This document shows, one piece after another, positions 20,401 to 30,063 of a stretch of 64,000 bases of DNA. The translations under genes were made by a program, and so were the position numbers. The notes under the pieces were generated by a model. It was not told the origin of the DNA. It was given only the letters and a program-made list of their open reading frames with translations, and did no database searches. The first letter of the stretch is position 1; each line of letters starts with the position of its first letter. Source of the stretch: Pyrinomonadaceae bacterium (GTDB lineage Bacteria > Acidobacteriota > Blastocatellia > Pyrinomonadales > Pyrinomonadaceae); assembly GCA_046313635.1 (NCBI GenBank), contig JBKBYA010000004.1, positions 128,001-192,000 on the forward strand, read 5' to 3'.

Positions 20401-21113
20401 CGCAGCCGCTCGATGTCGCCGAGCGAATCGGTGTCGAGGGCGTGCCGATAAAGGGCCCACTTCGCCAGAGCTCGAGAGACAGGCTGTGACGTGTCGGCCT
20501 CGAGCCGCGCGATGAGCGGCTTTGCCCGCTCAAAGTCGACCCGCGCCAGAGCGAGCAGCTCGGCCTGGTTGGTAACGTACCCGCCCGAGTCGCGCACTTT
20601 GCGCGCAGCACGCTCGAGATCGTCGACAAACATCGGCGAGTTGTACATCAGCCACCGGCGCAGCTCGGTACGCTCTTCGCCGTCACGCGACGAGGCCGAG
20701 TGCTCGTAAACGCGCCTGACCGTGTCGGCGACACGATCGTTCGCCGGTAAGATGCGCAGCAGGCGACCGAGCAGTTCGGGCCGGCGCTCGGCCTCGTCGA
20801 GCAGACGCTGCGTCGTACGGTCGGACGGCGTCGGCTTGTATTCGAGCCCGGAGACGCGGCCCGGCTGCGCCGTCCAGTAGTCGATCAGGTCCCCGATCGG
20901 TGCGTTGTCGGGAGGCGGATTTTTGTGATCGTAGAACGTATCGTCGCGGCGAGCGTCGTTTCGCGGCCAGATCGGATTGGGCGGCGGCGGCGCCGGTAGT
21001 TTAAGCAGCGTGAGGACGGGGTCTTGCTTGGCCCGTGTGCCGTGAACGATCAGCAGCGAGGCGATCGTCAAAAGCACGACGCAGAGGGCGGCGGCCGATA
21101 AACTTCTTTTCAT
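17418..21113 (-). CDS. Large secreted/membrane-anchored HEAT/ARM-repeat hypothetical protein with a probable C-terminal beta-propeller
   Basis: 1265-aa ORF. Likely start MKRSLSAAALCVVLLTIASLLIVHG (signal/anchor). HEAT-like segments (ALGALAFQRDARAIPALRR); C-terminal VTPNGKWLVA and DMWVDESESRVYFVY beta-strand motifs. Confidence 0.6.
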   Translation of the reverse strand: MKRSLSAAALCVVLLTIASLLIVHGTRAKQDPVLTLLKLPAPPPPNPIWPRNDARRDDTFYDHKNPPPDNAPIGDLIDYWTAQPGRVSGLEYKPTPSDRTTQRLLDEAERRPELLGRLLRILPANDRVADTVRRVYEHSASSRDGEERTELRRWLMYNSPMFVDDLERAARKVRDSGGYVTNQAELLALARVDFERAKPLIARLEADTSQPVSRALAKWALYRHALDTDSLGDIERLRDELKAIVEDKSNPDGLRDLANDALVHERDWPGRDEWFYSLFSDETLVNMPRFTGLTTLVLYSPPEKYVAKMIELTRSTNITVRTMAVRNLLIPLRRTSDPEIVRALLPWLENAKWITENANSRNAIVTALETIKMPDSVPGLVKLLDEKDRRPAYGSNSNAAATSSMNSNSTRAVVSNSGMAMTNASYVADSVYPHRYAALGALAFQRDARAIPALRRIYNQTEGYERQRVVTALHACGAFSAEEQVAAMEAFARAAPDISEPVDGPAVKDRADRLESLSGGDIKMQLGMHLMTLTEMEDDVVRAAISRIRVLDKRDPPIAGVLRSVVLKWQSDAVDQLLISDLRAGRVDPDSIVRLLARRENIRQKLAGDVLDLRDGPPAAAAVSACLIEDESDLDKVLAAGPDAARTMLFACGRLIRARIAVARAAEFLRSGDALLRLAAEKFLETEDSPEARRIVLSLHPDEALVLGAREYFEADDPSWEGGPWLETLLGTDGYSGPAYVEEEDGPRAPESEAPPDSEKHLRDEIRSDRQLLGVYSWADSVVRVYGDRVVLAWYEDKSRYRERVLRPEEFARLRDHLARSDVDDLKPFLGCGSSECLAPMQFVALGRAGGRRVYARTDRVPEFFATLDSILRDLKREPSVLKYELSKKVPGLDVLLASDDLEAQTVWKNGPDLRVLVSSRSARARSEAELHEMSAEIYSSVTDDDDGTARAEAFARAEALSQSYVWKGYSWQSLGPGGSLAPAAQPPGIDRPPAADDLPVRPEPAQWRSRVANFEIRSNSQALFKVSAGKLTKLRDGRYNGFVVTPNGKWLVAIKSSDEGFSLVRINLFNGREYKVPLADRPFTMPVAYVGVKGKVLLSARYYDEEYYDAAVDTERPEGGPADLWLDPETGMLIPASGELRPLFHQTFRPLQQSSASTSVWAALPDKRGSGTSVGLLDLAAMRFEPRLTIPSISFDSMDMWVDESESRVYFVYSGHVLALPLPAKPAGLR

Positions 21114-21377
21114 TTTGGGAAGATCCAACTCCAGGATTAAGCGATTATAATCGTTTGTCTTGCTCTGGCAAGCTATTTGGGCCGCGGCTCCGACAGCCCG
21201 GCCAGCCTGTTGCACGGCCGTGCCCGAGGGTTATATGATTTTTGGGCAAACCTCGCGGTCCCTTCGATGCAGATCTCCGTTAGCCTTACTGCAAACCGGT
21301 ACTAATTCGAGCGACTCACATTCCGTTTGTTACAAGCTGACCCGGGCAGGCAAATTCTTATGGAGACGTCTTAATTG

Positions 21378-24300
21378 ATGACCTCGAAAATTCGTATCGC
21401 GATCGCCCTGGCGATCGTTGCGGCGGCGACCGCTGCTGCCTTCATTCTCTTGCGACCGGCCGACCGACAGGGCGTCGTGCTTGCCGGCGCGTCCGACCTC
21501 GGTGTCGAGGTCCCCAACACCAACGGGAAGGTCCGCCAATATGAGAATGGCGTCTTCAAGATCGAGCCCGACAACTTCGCGGTGACCGGCAACCTGCGCG
21601 ATCTGCCGAGCCTCGACCTCAACAGCGACGAAGTGAAGCTCGTAGAAGAAAAGCTCGAAGAGCGCCGCGAAAAGATGGCCGACGCCGAACGCCTTGCCAA
21701 GGGCCTCGCGCCGATGACCGCCGAGCAAAAAGAGAAGTGGGAGATCAATCAGCGCAACGCCGAGCGCGTCAAGCGCATCGTTCCCGGTGCAGGCCTCGGC
21801 GACGAGCGATTCAAAGACCCGCTTGTCGATAAGGCGGTCGGCATGACGGGCGATCCGCTGGCGATGCCGACGCCGTCGCTGACCTTTAACGGCGCGGGGA
21901 TGGCAGACAATTCGTCGGCCGGTGCGGGCACGGGCTTCACGCCGCCGGACGTCAACGGCGACGTCGGCCCGAATCATTACGTCAGCTCGATCAACCTCGT
22001 CATCAAGATCTTTGACAAGAACGGAAATGTCATCGGCACTCCGAAAAAGACGAGCGACCTGTTTGCCGCCCTGCCGGCCAACGACCCGTGCCGCACGCGC
22101 AACGACGGCGATCCGGTCGTGGTGTACGACTCGATGGCCGACCGCTGGGTCATAACGCAGTTCGGCGTGCCGACCGTCGACAATATCGGCAGCAGCAACT
22201 ACGAGTGCGTGGCCGTCTCGACGACCGGCGACCCGACCGGTTCGTACTACGTCTGGAGCTACCTCTATCCCGGAAATCTTTTTAACGATTACCCGAAGAT
22301 CGGCGTCTGGCCGGACGCCTATCATATGACGTTCAACCAGTTCAATAACGCCGGCACCGCGTATCTCGGAATGGGGATCATGAGCCAGCAGCGTTCAAAG
22401 GCCCTGATCGGCGACCCGGCGACGCCGGTCATTTACAAGAACATCGCGCCGATCGACCCGGACGCGAGCGGAGGCCTGCCGATGGACGTCGACGGCATCG
22501 TCCCGCCGCCGGCGGGCCTGGCCGAGGTGATCGCCGAGTTTCGCGCCGACGAGTTTGGCGACCCGCAGGATGCGATCCGGTTCTATAAATGGGTGCCCAA
22601 CTTCGCGTCGCCGGCAAGCTCGATGCTGACCGTGCTGCCCGACGTTCCGCTTGCGCCGTTTGACGCTCGTTCGCCGACGTCCACGTCGGCGGTCAACGAG
22701 GTCTCGGGCGGATCGTCGCTCGACGCGATCGCCGATCGTCTGATGCACCGGCTCGCGTATCGCAATCTCGGTACGTACTCGTCGCCGGTCAATTCGATCG
22801 TCGGCAACTTCACGGTAAACGTCAGCGGCGTGGCGCCGACCGGCGCGTCGACATATCAGTCCGGCATTCGCTGGTTTGAGATGCGCCGCAGCGGCGACGT
22901 ATTTACAGTCGCCGACCAGGGAACTCAGGCGACGGGCGCCGGCAACGGTGCCTCGGGGCTCAACAACTGGATGGGCTCGATCGCGCAGGACAATAGGGGG
23001 AATATCGCGCTCGGCTACAGCCAGTCGAGCACGACGCAGAACGCCGACATCAAGATCGCCGGCCGCACGGCCGCGCCCGGCGGCGGCACGCTGAACGAGG
23101 GCGAGGCGCTCTTTTACGACGCCGTCGCCGCACAGACGAGCGGCAGTCGCTGGGGCGACTACAGCTCGATGAATGTCGACCCGTCGGACGACTGTACCTT
23201 TTGGTACACGCAGGAGCATTACGCGGTAAACTCGGCGACCAACTTTTCGACGCGGGTCGGCAAATTCAAATTCAACGGCTGCACGCCCGCTCCGCGCGGC
23301 ACCGTCAGCGGGACGATCACGTCGTGCTCGACGGGCCAGCCGATCGCCGGCGCGAACGTCACAGCGACCGGCGGATTTCAGCGCCTCTCGGCAGCGAACG
23401 GAACTTATTCGATGTTCGTCACGCCGGGAACGTACACGGTCGGGGCCGACAAGCTCTCGCAGGGATTTCTCGGCGCTTCGCAAAACGTCAGCGTCACAGA
23501 CGGCGGCACGGCCACCGTCAACATCTGCCTGTCGGGCGTGCCCGTGCTCGCGCAGGACGGCGTGTCGATCGTCACGGAGAGCTGCGGCCTGCCCAATCAG
23601 GCTCCCGATCCCGGCGAGGTGATGACCGTTTCGCTTGCGATCGGCAATTCCGGAGCGTCTTCGACGGCCGACCTGACGGCGACGCTGCAAAACACCGGCG
23701 GCGTCACCAACGCAGGCGCGCCGCAGAATTACGGAGCGATCGCGCCCGGAACGTCGGCGACGCGAAACTTTACGTTCCGTGTCGATCCGGCGCTCACATG
23801 CGGCAGCGTCGTCACGCTGACGTGGAGCGTCTCGGACGGCGCGACCAATTTCGGCACGATGACAAAGACGTACGCGACCGGAACTTCGGTCGTCAACCTT
23901 GCGCAAAATTTTGACGGCGTCTCGGCGCCGGCACTGCCCGCGGGCTGGACGCAGGTCCAGACCTCTGGCACCGGTATCAACTGGGTAACGAGCGCCGCGG
24001 GCCCCAGCTCGGCGCCGAACTCGGCTTTTGCCAACGACCCTGCGACGGTCAACGCCTCGGCGATCGTGAGCCCGGCATTCAGCGTCGCGGTGCCTAATGC
24101 GTCGCTCACTTTCCAAAAGAAATTCGTGACCGAGAGCGGATTTGACGGTGCGGTGCTCGAGATCAAGATCGGCGGCGGCGCGTGGCAGGACATCCTGACC
24201 GCCGGCGGAGCATTTGTCTCGGGCGGTTACAACGGCACGATCAGCACCGGCTACAGCAGCCCGATCGGCGGCCGCCAGGCCTGGACGGGCTCGAGCGCGG

Positions 24301-25313
24301 CGTACACGCAGACGCAGGTCACGCTGCCCGCCGCGGCAAACGGACAGAGCGTTCAGCTTCGCTGGCTGATGGCCTCCGACTCGTCTCAGGCCTCGACGGG
24401 CTTTAACCTCGACGACGTGCAGGTGGTCGCCGGGGTGACATGCCAGACGTGCTCGGCACCGGCAGCGGTGCGTCCGTTCGACTTTGACGGTGACGGGAAG
24501 ACGGATGTGTCGGTGTTCCGGCCTGGGGCGAGTGCATCTTGGTGGTGGATCCGGTCGAGCAATTCGGTGGCTGTCGGCAACTCGTTCGGTACGACGAGCG
24601 ATGTTCCGGTGCCGGCGGATTACACCGGTGACGGCAAGACGGACATGGCCTTTTTCCGTCCGAGCAATCTGAACTGGTATGTCGTCAGAAGCGAGAACAA
24701 CACGTTCTACTCCGGAGCGTTCGGTCTTGCGAGCGACGTTCAGGTGCCGGCCGATTACGACGGCGACGGCAAGGCGGATGTCGCGGCCTTCCGCAACGGC
24801 ACGTGGTTCATCCTGAGAAGTTCGGATTCGCAGGTGCAGACCTCGGCGTTCGGACAATCGGGCGACAAGCCGATCCCGGCCGACTTCGACGGCGACGGCA
24901 AGGCTGACCTTGCGATCTTCCGCAATGCGGGAGGCGTCGGGCAGTTCTGGGTGCTGCGCTCGACGGCGGGGCTGATCGCCGCACAGTTCGGCAACGGCAC
25001 GGACACGCCTGTGCCGTCCGACTTTACCGGCGACGGCAAGGCTGACATGGCGTTCTACCGCGACGGCGCAAGCCCGAACAACTGGTTCGTCCTCAGAAGC
25101 AACGACAACTTTGCGAGCTTCTTTGCGTTCCCGTTCGGCGTCGCGGGCGATAAGCCGACGATCGGCGACTTCGACGGCGACGGCACGACCGACGCGGCGG
25201 TCTTCAGGCCCAGCAACTCCAACTGGTACCTGCAGCGCTCGACCGCAGGCTTTGTCCAGATCGCATTCGGACAAGCCGGCGACGTCGCCGTGCCGAACGT
25301 GTACGTTCGCTAG
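21378..25313 (+). CDS. Large secreted protein: propeller-like N-terminal domain, carboxypeptidase regulatory-like domain, beta-sandwich domains and FG-GAP/VCBS repeats
   Basis: Signal peptide; PPDVNGDVGPNHYV, GDPVVVYD, DYPKIGVW and RWGDYSSM motifs; GTVSGTIT...PIAGANV CarboxypepD_reg; D(F/Y)DGDGK repeats. Confidence 0.8.
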   Translation: MTSKIRIAIALAIVAAATAAAFILLRPADRQGVVLAGASDLGVEVPNTNGKVRQYENGVFKIEPDNFAVTGNLRDLPSLDLNSDEVKLVEEKLEERREKMADAERLAKGLAPMTAEQKEKWEINQRNAERVKRIVPGAGLGDERFKDPLVDKAVGMTGDPLAMPTPSLTFNGAGMADNSSAGAGTGFTPPDVNGDVGPNHYVSSINLVIKIFDKNGNVIGTPKKTSDLFAALPANDPCRTRNDGDPVVVYDSMADRWVITQFGVPTVDNIGSSNYECVAVSTTGDPTGSYYVWSYLYPGNLFNDYPKIGVWPDAYHMTFNQFNNAGTAYLGMGIMSQQRSKALIGDPATPVIYKNIAPIDPDASGGLPMDVDGIVPPPAGLAEVIAEFRADEFGDPQDAIRFYKWVPNFASPASSMLTVLPDVPLAPFDARSPTSTSAVNEVSGGSSLDAIADRLMHRLAYRNLGTYSSPVNSIVGNFTVNVSGVAPTGASTYQSGIRWFEMRRSGDVFTVADQGTQATGAGNGASGLNNWMGSIAQDNRGNIALGYSQSSTTQNADIKIAGRTAAPGGGTLNEGEALFYDAVAAQTSGSRWGDYSSMNVDPSDDCTFWYTQEHYAVNSATNFSTRVGKFKFNGCTPAPRGTVSGTITSCSTGQPIAGANVTATGGFQRLSAANGTYSMFVTPGTYTVGADKLSQGFLGASQNVSVTDGGTATVNICLSGVPVLAQDGVSIVTESCGLPNQAPDPGEVMTVSLAIGNSGASSTADLTATLQNTGGVTNAGAPQNYGAIAPGTSATRNFTFRVDPALTCGSVVTLTWSVSDGATNFGTMTKTYATGTSVVNLAQNFDGVSAPALPAGWTQVQTSGTGINWVTSAAGPSSAPNSAFANDPATVNASAIVSPAFSVAVPNASLTFQKKFVTESGFDGAVLEIKIGGGAWQDILTAGGAFVSGGYNGTISTGYSSPIGGRQAWTGSSAAYTQTQVTLPAAANGQSVQLRWLMASDSSQASTGFNLDDVQVVAGVTCQTCSAPAAVRPFDFDGDGKTDVSVFRPGASASWWWIRSSNSVAVGNSFGTTSDVPVPADYTGDGKTDMAFFRPSNLNWYVVRSENNTFYSGAFGLASDVQVPADYDGDGKADVAAFRNGTWFILRSSDSQVQTSAFGQSGDKPIPADFDGDGKADLAIFRNAGGVGQFWVLRSTAGLIAAQFGNGTDTPVPSDFTGDGKADMAFYRDGASPNNWFVLRSNDNFASFFAFPFGVAGDKPTIGDFDGDGTTDAAVFRPSNSNWYLQRSTAGFVQIAFGQAGDVAVPNVYVR

Positions 25314-25335
25314 CGCCGGGTGATCGGCAACGCTC

Positions 25336-25381
25336 ACAAAAAAAGGTCCGGGGCCTGAGGCGCCGGGCCTTTTTTTTGTGA
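25336..25381 (+). terminator. Intrinsic terminator, possibly bidirectional
   Basis: cacaaaaaaaggtccgg...ccgggccttttttttgtg is an inverted repeat with a T-run just after the stop codon. Confidence 0.75.
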
Positions 25382-25513
25382 ACGGGCGGCCATGCGGCCA
25401 TTGACTTGAGTGCGGCGTCTTACCTAGGCTTGATGGGTGAGATTTGTCGGCCGCCGCTAACTCGCCGCCGTCATACGATCTACGGGCCTCGCTTCTTTGA
25501 GGGACTATTTCCA

Positions 25514-26977
25514 ATGACAAAGATGATCATCTTCAGGGTCAAGCTCGCGATCACGATCGCTGCGGCGCTCGCCGGCGCTGCGGGTTTTATGTGGAATGTC
25601 GGCGGCCGGCAGCGGGCGCTCGCCTCGGGCTCCGGCCCGACGCCGTCGCACACTAACGCCCCCGGCGAAGCGACGTGCACCCAATGCCATATCGATTACC
25701 CGCTCAACAGCGGCTCGGGCGGCATTGCGATCGACGGCATCCCGGGGAGATACACCAGCGGCCAGCAGATCCAGGTCTCGGTGACCGTCAGCGAGCCGTC
25801 GGCCGTGAACTTCGGATTCCAGCTTACGGCGATCGACTCGCTGGGCCGTGCCGCCGGCACATTCACGCTGCCGGCCTCGGCGCCGCCCCGGATGCAGATC
25901 GTGACCGGGATGGTCGGGGGCAATCAGCGAAGCTATGTCGAGCACACGATCGACGGCCTCTACACGCCGGGCGTCTTTGGCTCTAACACATGGACATTCA
26001 CGTGGACCGCGCCGGCGACGACGACCGGAACGGTGCGATTCTTTGCCGCGGGCAACGGAGCCGACGGTCTGGGCACGCCGGGCGGCGATTACATCTACAC
26101 GACGGCGAGGGTGGTACAGGCGAGCGGGCGACCCGACGCGGCATTCGACTTTGACGGCGACCGCCGGACGGACATCGGGATCTTTCGGCCGTCGGGCGGG
26201 CAGTGGTGGTATCAACGCAGCTCGAACGGCTCGGTTTACGCCGCCGGCTTCGGAGCGTCGACCGACGTTATAACGCCGGCAGACTTTACCGGCGACGGTA
26301 GGACGGACATCGCTTTCTTTAGGCCGTCGACCGGGAACTGGTACATTTTGCGAAGCGAGGACACGACCTATTTTGCGTTTCCATTTGGAGCGAATGGCGA
26401 CGTGCCCGTGCCGGCGGATCACGACGGCGACGGCAAGGCCGACCCCGCGGTCTATCGCCCGTCGGCGTCGACCTGGTACGTGCTCCGCTCGTCGAACGGC
26501 GTCGTCTCGGCGGCACAATTCGGCGTCGCGGGCGACAAGCCGGTCGCTGCCGATTACGACGGCGACGGCAAGGCGGACATAGCTATTTTCAGGCCGAGCG
26601 GTGCCTCGGGCGGCGCCGAGTGGTGGATCTTGAGATCGACCGGCGGCGCCGTGGGCATCCCCTTTGGCAGCGAACAGGACCTGCCGGTGCCGGCCGACTG
26701 GACCGGCGACGGACGGGCCGACATCGCCTTTTTCAGACCGGGCACGTCGCAGTGGTACGTTCTGCGGAGCGAGGACTCGAGCTACTTTGCGTTTCCATTC
26801 GGAGCCGCTGGCGACGTGCCCGCGCCCGGCGATTATGACGGCGACGCGAGGATTGATGCCGCGGTATTCAGACCGTCGAACCAGACGTGGTTCGTCAATA
26901 AGAGCTCGGGCGGGACGCAGATCGTCGCGTTCGGTGCGGCGGGCGACCTGCCCATTCCGAGCGCCTTTGTCCGCTGA
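25514..26977 (+). CDS. Secreted Reeler-like (choice-of-anchor V) protein with a CxxCH motif and FG-GAP/VCBS repeats
   Basis: Signal/anchor; APGEATCTQCH; FGFQLTA...WTFTWTAP...GNGADG...GDYIYT Reeler-like domain; FG-GAP tail. Probable start MTKMIIF at 25514. Confidence 0.8.
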   Translation: MTKMIIFRVKLAITIAAALAGAAGFMWNVGGRQRALASGSGPTPSHTNAPGEATCTQCHIDYPLNSGSGGIAIDGIPGRYTSGQQIQVSVTVSEPSAVNFGFQLTAIDSLGRAAGTFTLPASAPPRMQIVTGMVGGNQRSYVEHTIDGLYTPGVFGSNTWTFTWTAPATTTGTVRFFAAGNGADGLGTPGGDYIYTTARVVQASGRPDAAFDFDGDRRTDIGIFRPSGGQWWYQRSSNGSVYAAGFGASTDVITPADFTGDGRTDIAFFRPSTGNWYILRSEDTTYFAFPFGANGDVPVPADHDGDGKADPAVYRPSASTWYVLRSSNGVVSAAQFGVAGDKPVAADYDGDGKADIAIFRPSGASGGAEWWILRSTGGAVGIPFGSEQDLPVPADWTGDGRADIAFFRPGTSQWYVLRSEDSSYFAFPFGAAGDVPAPGDYDGDARIDAAVFRPSNQTWFVNKSSGGTQIVAFGAAGDLPIPSAFVR

Positions 26978-27000
26978 TCTGAGCTGCAGCTTAGGAGGTG

Positions 27001-27942
27001 TCAGCCACGGCGGCCCGTGACGGCTGCCGTGCTTTCGCCAAATATCGCCTTTACCGCTCTGATCGTGTTGCAGTGGATCTCGACCGTGTCGGCGATGTCG
27101 CGGGCGTAGCCTCCGCTCATCGTTGTCACGATCGGCACGCCGCGCCGTCTCGCAGCATCCAGCACCATCTCGTCCCGCCGCCGCAGACCGGCGATCGTAA
27201 GCTTAAGCCGGCCGAGCTTGTCCTGCTCATACGGATCGGCGCCGGCAAGATAAAAAATGATCTCGGGCTCGTGGAGGTGGACGATGCGATGCAGAGCTTC
27301 GGAGAGGATCGACAGATACTCGTCGTCGCCCGTGCCGTCGCTCAGCTCGATATCGAGCGCCGACCGCTGTTTAAAGAGCGGATAATTCTTGGCGCCGTGC
27401 ATCGAGAACGTAAACACTTCGGGATCGTCTCTAAAGATGAATGCCGTGCCGTCGCCCTGATGGACGTCGAGATCGACGACAAGCGCGCGACGCGCGAGGC
27501 GGTCACGCTGCAGCACCCTGACGGCGACAGCGACGTCGTTCAGGACGCAGTAGCCCTCGCCGCGGTCGGGATAAGCGTGGTGCGTACCGCCGGCGAGATT
27601 TGACGCGACGCCGAACTCGACCGCGCGACGGGCCGCGTTGATCGTGCCCGAGATCGCGTGGAACGAGCGCCTCACGAGCGAAGGTGACCACGGCAGACCG
27701 AGCTTGCGGACCTCTTTTGCCGTCAGTTCGCCCGCTCGCAGCCTCGCGATGTAATCCTCCGTGTGAACGAGGAGCACGTCGGCGGGGTCGGCCTCAGCGG
27801 GCTCGACGATCTCGGCGGCGCTAAGCGTGCCCTCGGCAAGCAGGATGTCGCGGGCAAGCTCGAACTTGCGGATAGGGAAGACGTGGCCCTCACCGATGTC
27901 GGCGTAGTAGTAGGGCGAATAGAAGACTCGGTAACAGCTCAC
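27001..27942 (-). CDS. Histone deacetylase family protein (HDAC11-like)
   Basis: HVFPIRKF, NLAGGTHHA, GYCVLND, VDLDVHQGDGT, AGADPY..DKLG, MSGGY. Confidence 0.92.
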   Translation of the reverse strand: MSCYRVFYSPYYYADIGEGHVFPIRKFELARDILLAEGTLSAAEIVEPAEADPADVLLVHTEDYIARLRAGELTAKEVRKLGLPWSPSLVRRSFHAISGTINAARRAVEFGVASNLAGGTHHAYPDRGEGYCVLNDVAVAVRVLQRDRLARRALVVDLDVHQGDGTAFIFRDDPEVFTFSMHGAKNYPLFKQRSALDIELSDGTGDDEYLSILSEALHRIVHLHEPEIIFYLAGADPYEQDKLGRLKLTIAGLRRRDEMVLDAARRRGVPIVTTMSGGYARDIADTVEIHCNTIRAVKAIFGESTAAVTGRRG

Positions 27943-29428
27943 TCGTCTGGACTCTGTACGGCCGCTATTTTTGCGTCGAGGCCGGCGCCGGACGGCCGGT
28001 GAGAAGTGCGAGGTATGTGCCGGCGATCGTCTGATCGTTCATCAACTTTTGATGCTCGGCGCACGCAAAGAATTTGATGCTTACCGGAAACAGCGGCCGC
28101 GACAATACGACCGGCAGCAGCGAGTCGCGTGTGACGCGTCCGTCGCCGCTGGCGAACATCACTTTGGCGACCTCGTCTCGCGAAAACTCGCCGCCGGCCG
28201 GCCGCTTGATCTTTTCGGGCTGGGTCAAGGTGGTCCACTTATCGTCCTTGCCGTTGCGCATCAGGATCGCCGCGTTGAGAGTCGGCTCGCACTCGCTGCC
28301 GTAAACGAGCATCTCCACGGGCGACGAATCGACGGGGCCGTTGATCGCCGCGCTGAACTGCCGAGCTCGCGAGAGGGCCGCCGCGAGAAATGCCGATGCG
28401 CCGCGATATGTCGTCGCGGCGAGAAGCTCGTCGTCGTGGTTACGCTTTTTCCATTCGATGGGCTTGACGCCCGGGATCGTGCCGGCGTCTCGCAGCTTAC
28501 CGAGAAACTTGGGATCGGCGATCGCTCCCCAGCGGTACCGCACCCAATTCGCGGCGTCGAATATATCGACCTTCAGCGGTTTGAGGTCGCCGTCAAAGAA
28601 CTTTACGTCCGGCCCGCTCGGCAAAAGCTGGTACAAGGCCGGGATCGAGAAAACGTCGTCCGGTCCGAGATCGGTGACCCACGGCAGCTTGCGGCCGGCG
28701 ATGCTGTAGCCGCGCGTCAAAACCTCAAAGGCCGAGAACGAACCGAGATTCGGCACGCCAAACATAAGGATCCGGTTAATGTGACGAGCTCCGGCCCACG
28801 TCACGCGCGGCGTGCCCCGAGCCGGGAGGTCGGCCGCTCCGAACCGTGCCGCATAATTGGCGACCAGTCCGCCCATTGAATGAGCGAGGATATCGAACTT
28901 GAGATCCGGACGACCGAGCTTCGCCTTTAAGGCTTCGATCTTGTGGATCAAGAGCTGCGCCGATTCGACATTGTCACGCCGCCAGTCGTAGGCAAAGACG
29001 TAGTAGACGTCCGAGGCCTTCGGCTTATTCCAGTCGCCTTCTTCATAGCCTGCCTTGCGGAGCCCGGCGAGAGCGTCGCCATAGACGCCGATCTCGGGAA
29101 GTACCTTTAGAATGCCGGGCAGCTTTACCTCGCGAATGATGTCGGAGGCGACGAGCGTATCGCGGTTTGCACGGAGATTTGCCGTGATCGGCAGCCGCAG
29201 GTCGTCGGGCTCGTCCCGGCTGAAGCCGAACGTGAACCATACGGTCTTGCCGGTATCGGAGCTCACAATGGTCGAACCGGTGACGCCCGGGATGATGATC
29301 ACGGGACGCTTCGGTTCGGCCGGCGCCTCGCTCGCCGCTTTGTCCTGCGCGTCGGCGTATGACAGACCGAAAATAAAAAGAGCCAGCGTGAGCTGGAGCA
29401 GAGACGTTATCGACCTGTATCTGTTCAT
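27939..29428 (-). CDS. Secreted alpha/beta hydrolase (LCAT/PGAP1-like lipase/acyltransferase)
   Basis: IIIPGVTGS oxyanion region, FAYDWRR, nucleophile elbow AHSMGG, GDGRV. The ORF track gives 27965..29464; the signal peptide suggests the start MNRYRS at 29428. The stop is at 27965, and the region to 27939 abuts the next gene. Confidence 0.8.
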
Positions 29429-29729
29429 TTGTCCTAACGTGTCATAAAGCGGCGCACGGGTCAAACAGATCTCCCGCGGCGAGCGCCTCTGCGACGCGAG
29501 AAGGGCAGCATCGAATGCGGCCGTGTGACTTGTCGATGATATATCTGCCGGAAGAGTTTGATAGGAACGAACGATCTAAGAAAAACCGGCTTTGAAAAGG
29601 TGGTGCGGCTTGAGTTCGGGAAACCCAAGCCGCGAATATTGAAAGGACAAACTGTAGGCCAGCGGAGTAGTAGGCAAAAGGCAGTGTTGTCAAGGGCAGG
29701 ATGTGTACACGACGAGCAGATTTCTCCGC

Positions 29730-30047
29730 TTATCTATTCGCCTGTACGGGAACTTTTGACTCACGGGCGGGCGTGAGGCCCATCTTTTGGGCTTCGCGCA
29801 TAATCGTCTGTGGGTCGGTCTTCAGAGTGTGGATCTCTTCCTGAAGGTCGAGATTTTCATTCGTCAGATTCTGTATTTGCCAGGTGAGGTTCTGGTTTTC
29901 CTCAGCCTCGCGGGACAATTCGGTGAATGCCCGGTAGTTGATCGTCAGGCACAGCATAAAGACCATTGCCGAGACGATGGCGAATGCGATGTAGCGCGAT
30001 GCCGCGGCATTCGCCGGCTTTTTATTGTTTCCCCTTTTCACAGTCAT
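29730..30047 (-). CDS. Septum formation initiator family protein (FtsB/FtsL/DivIC-like)
   Basis: Basic N-terminus, one TM helix, then a leucine-zipper coiled coil ending in LKTDPQTIMREAQKMGL. Probable start MTVKRG at 30047. Confidence 0.75.
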   Translation of the reverse strand: MTVKRGNNKKPANAAASRYIAFAIVSAMVFMLCLTINYRAFTELSREAEENQNLTWQIQNLTNENLDLQEEIHTLKTDPQTIMREAQKMGLTPARESKVPVQANR

Positions 30048-30063
30048 AAAACTACTGACCAGA

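Noticed and set aside
22395..25520. 1041-aa minus-strand ORF
   Set aside because: Arg/Val/Ala-rich antisense shadow of the 1312-aa secreted protein, as expected from high-GC codon bias.
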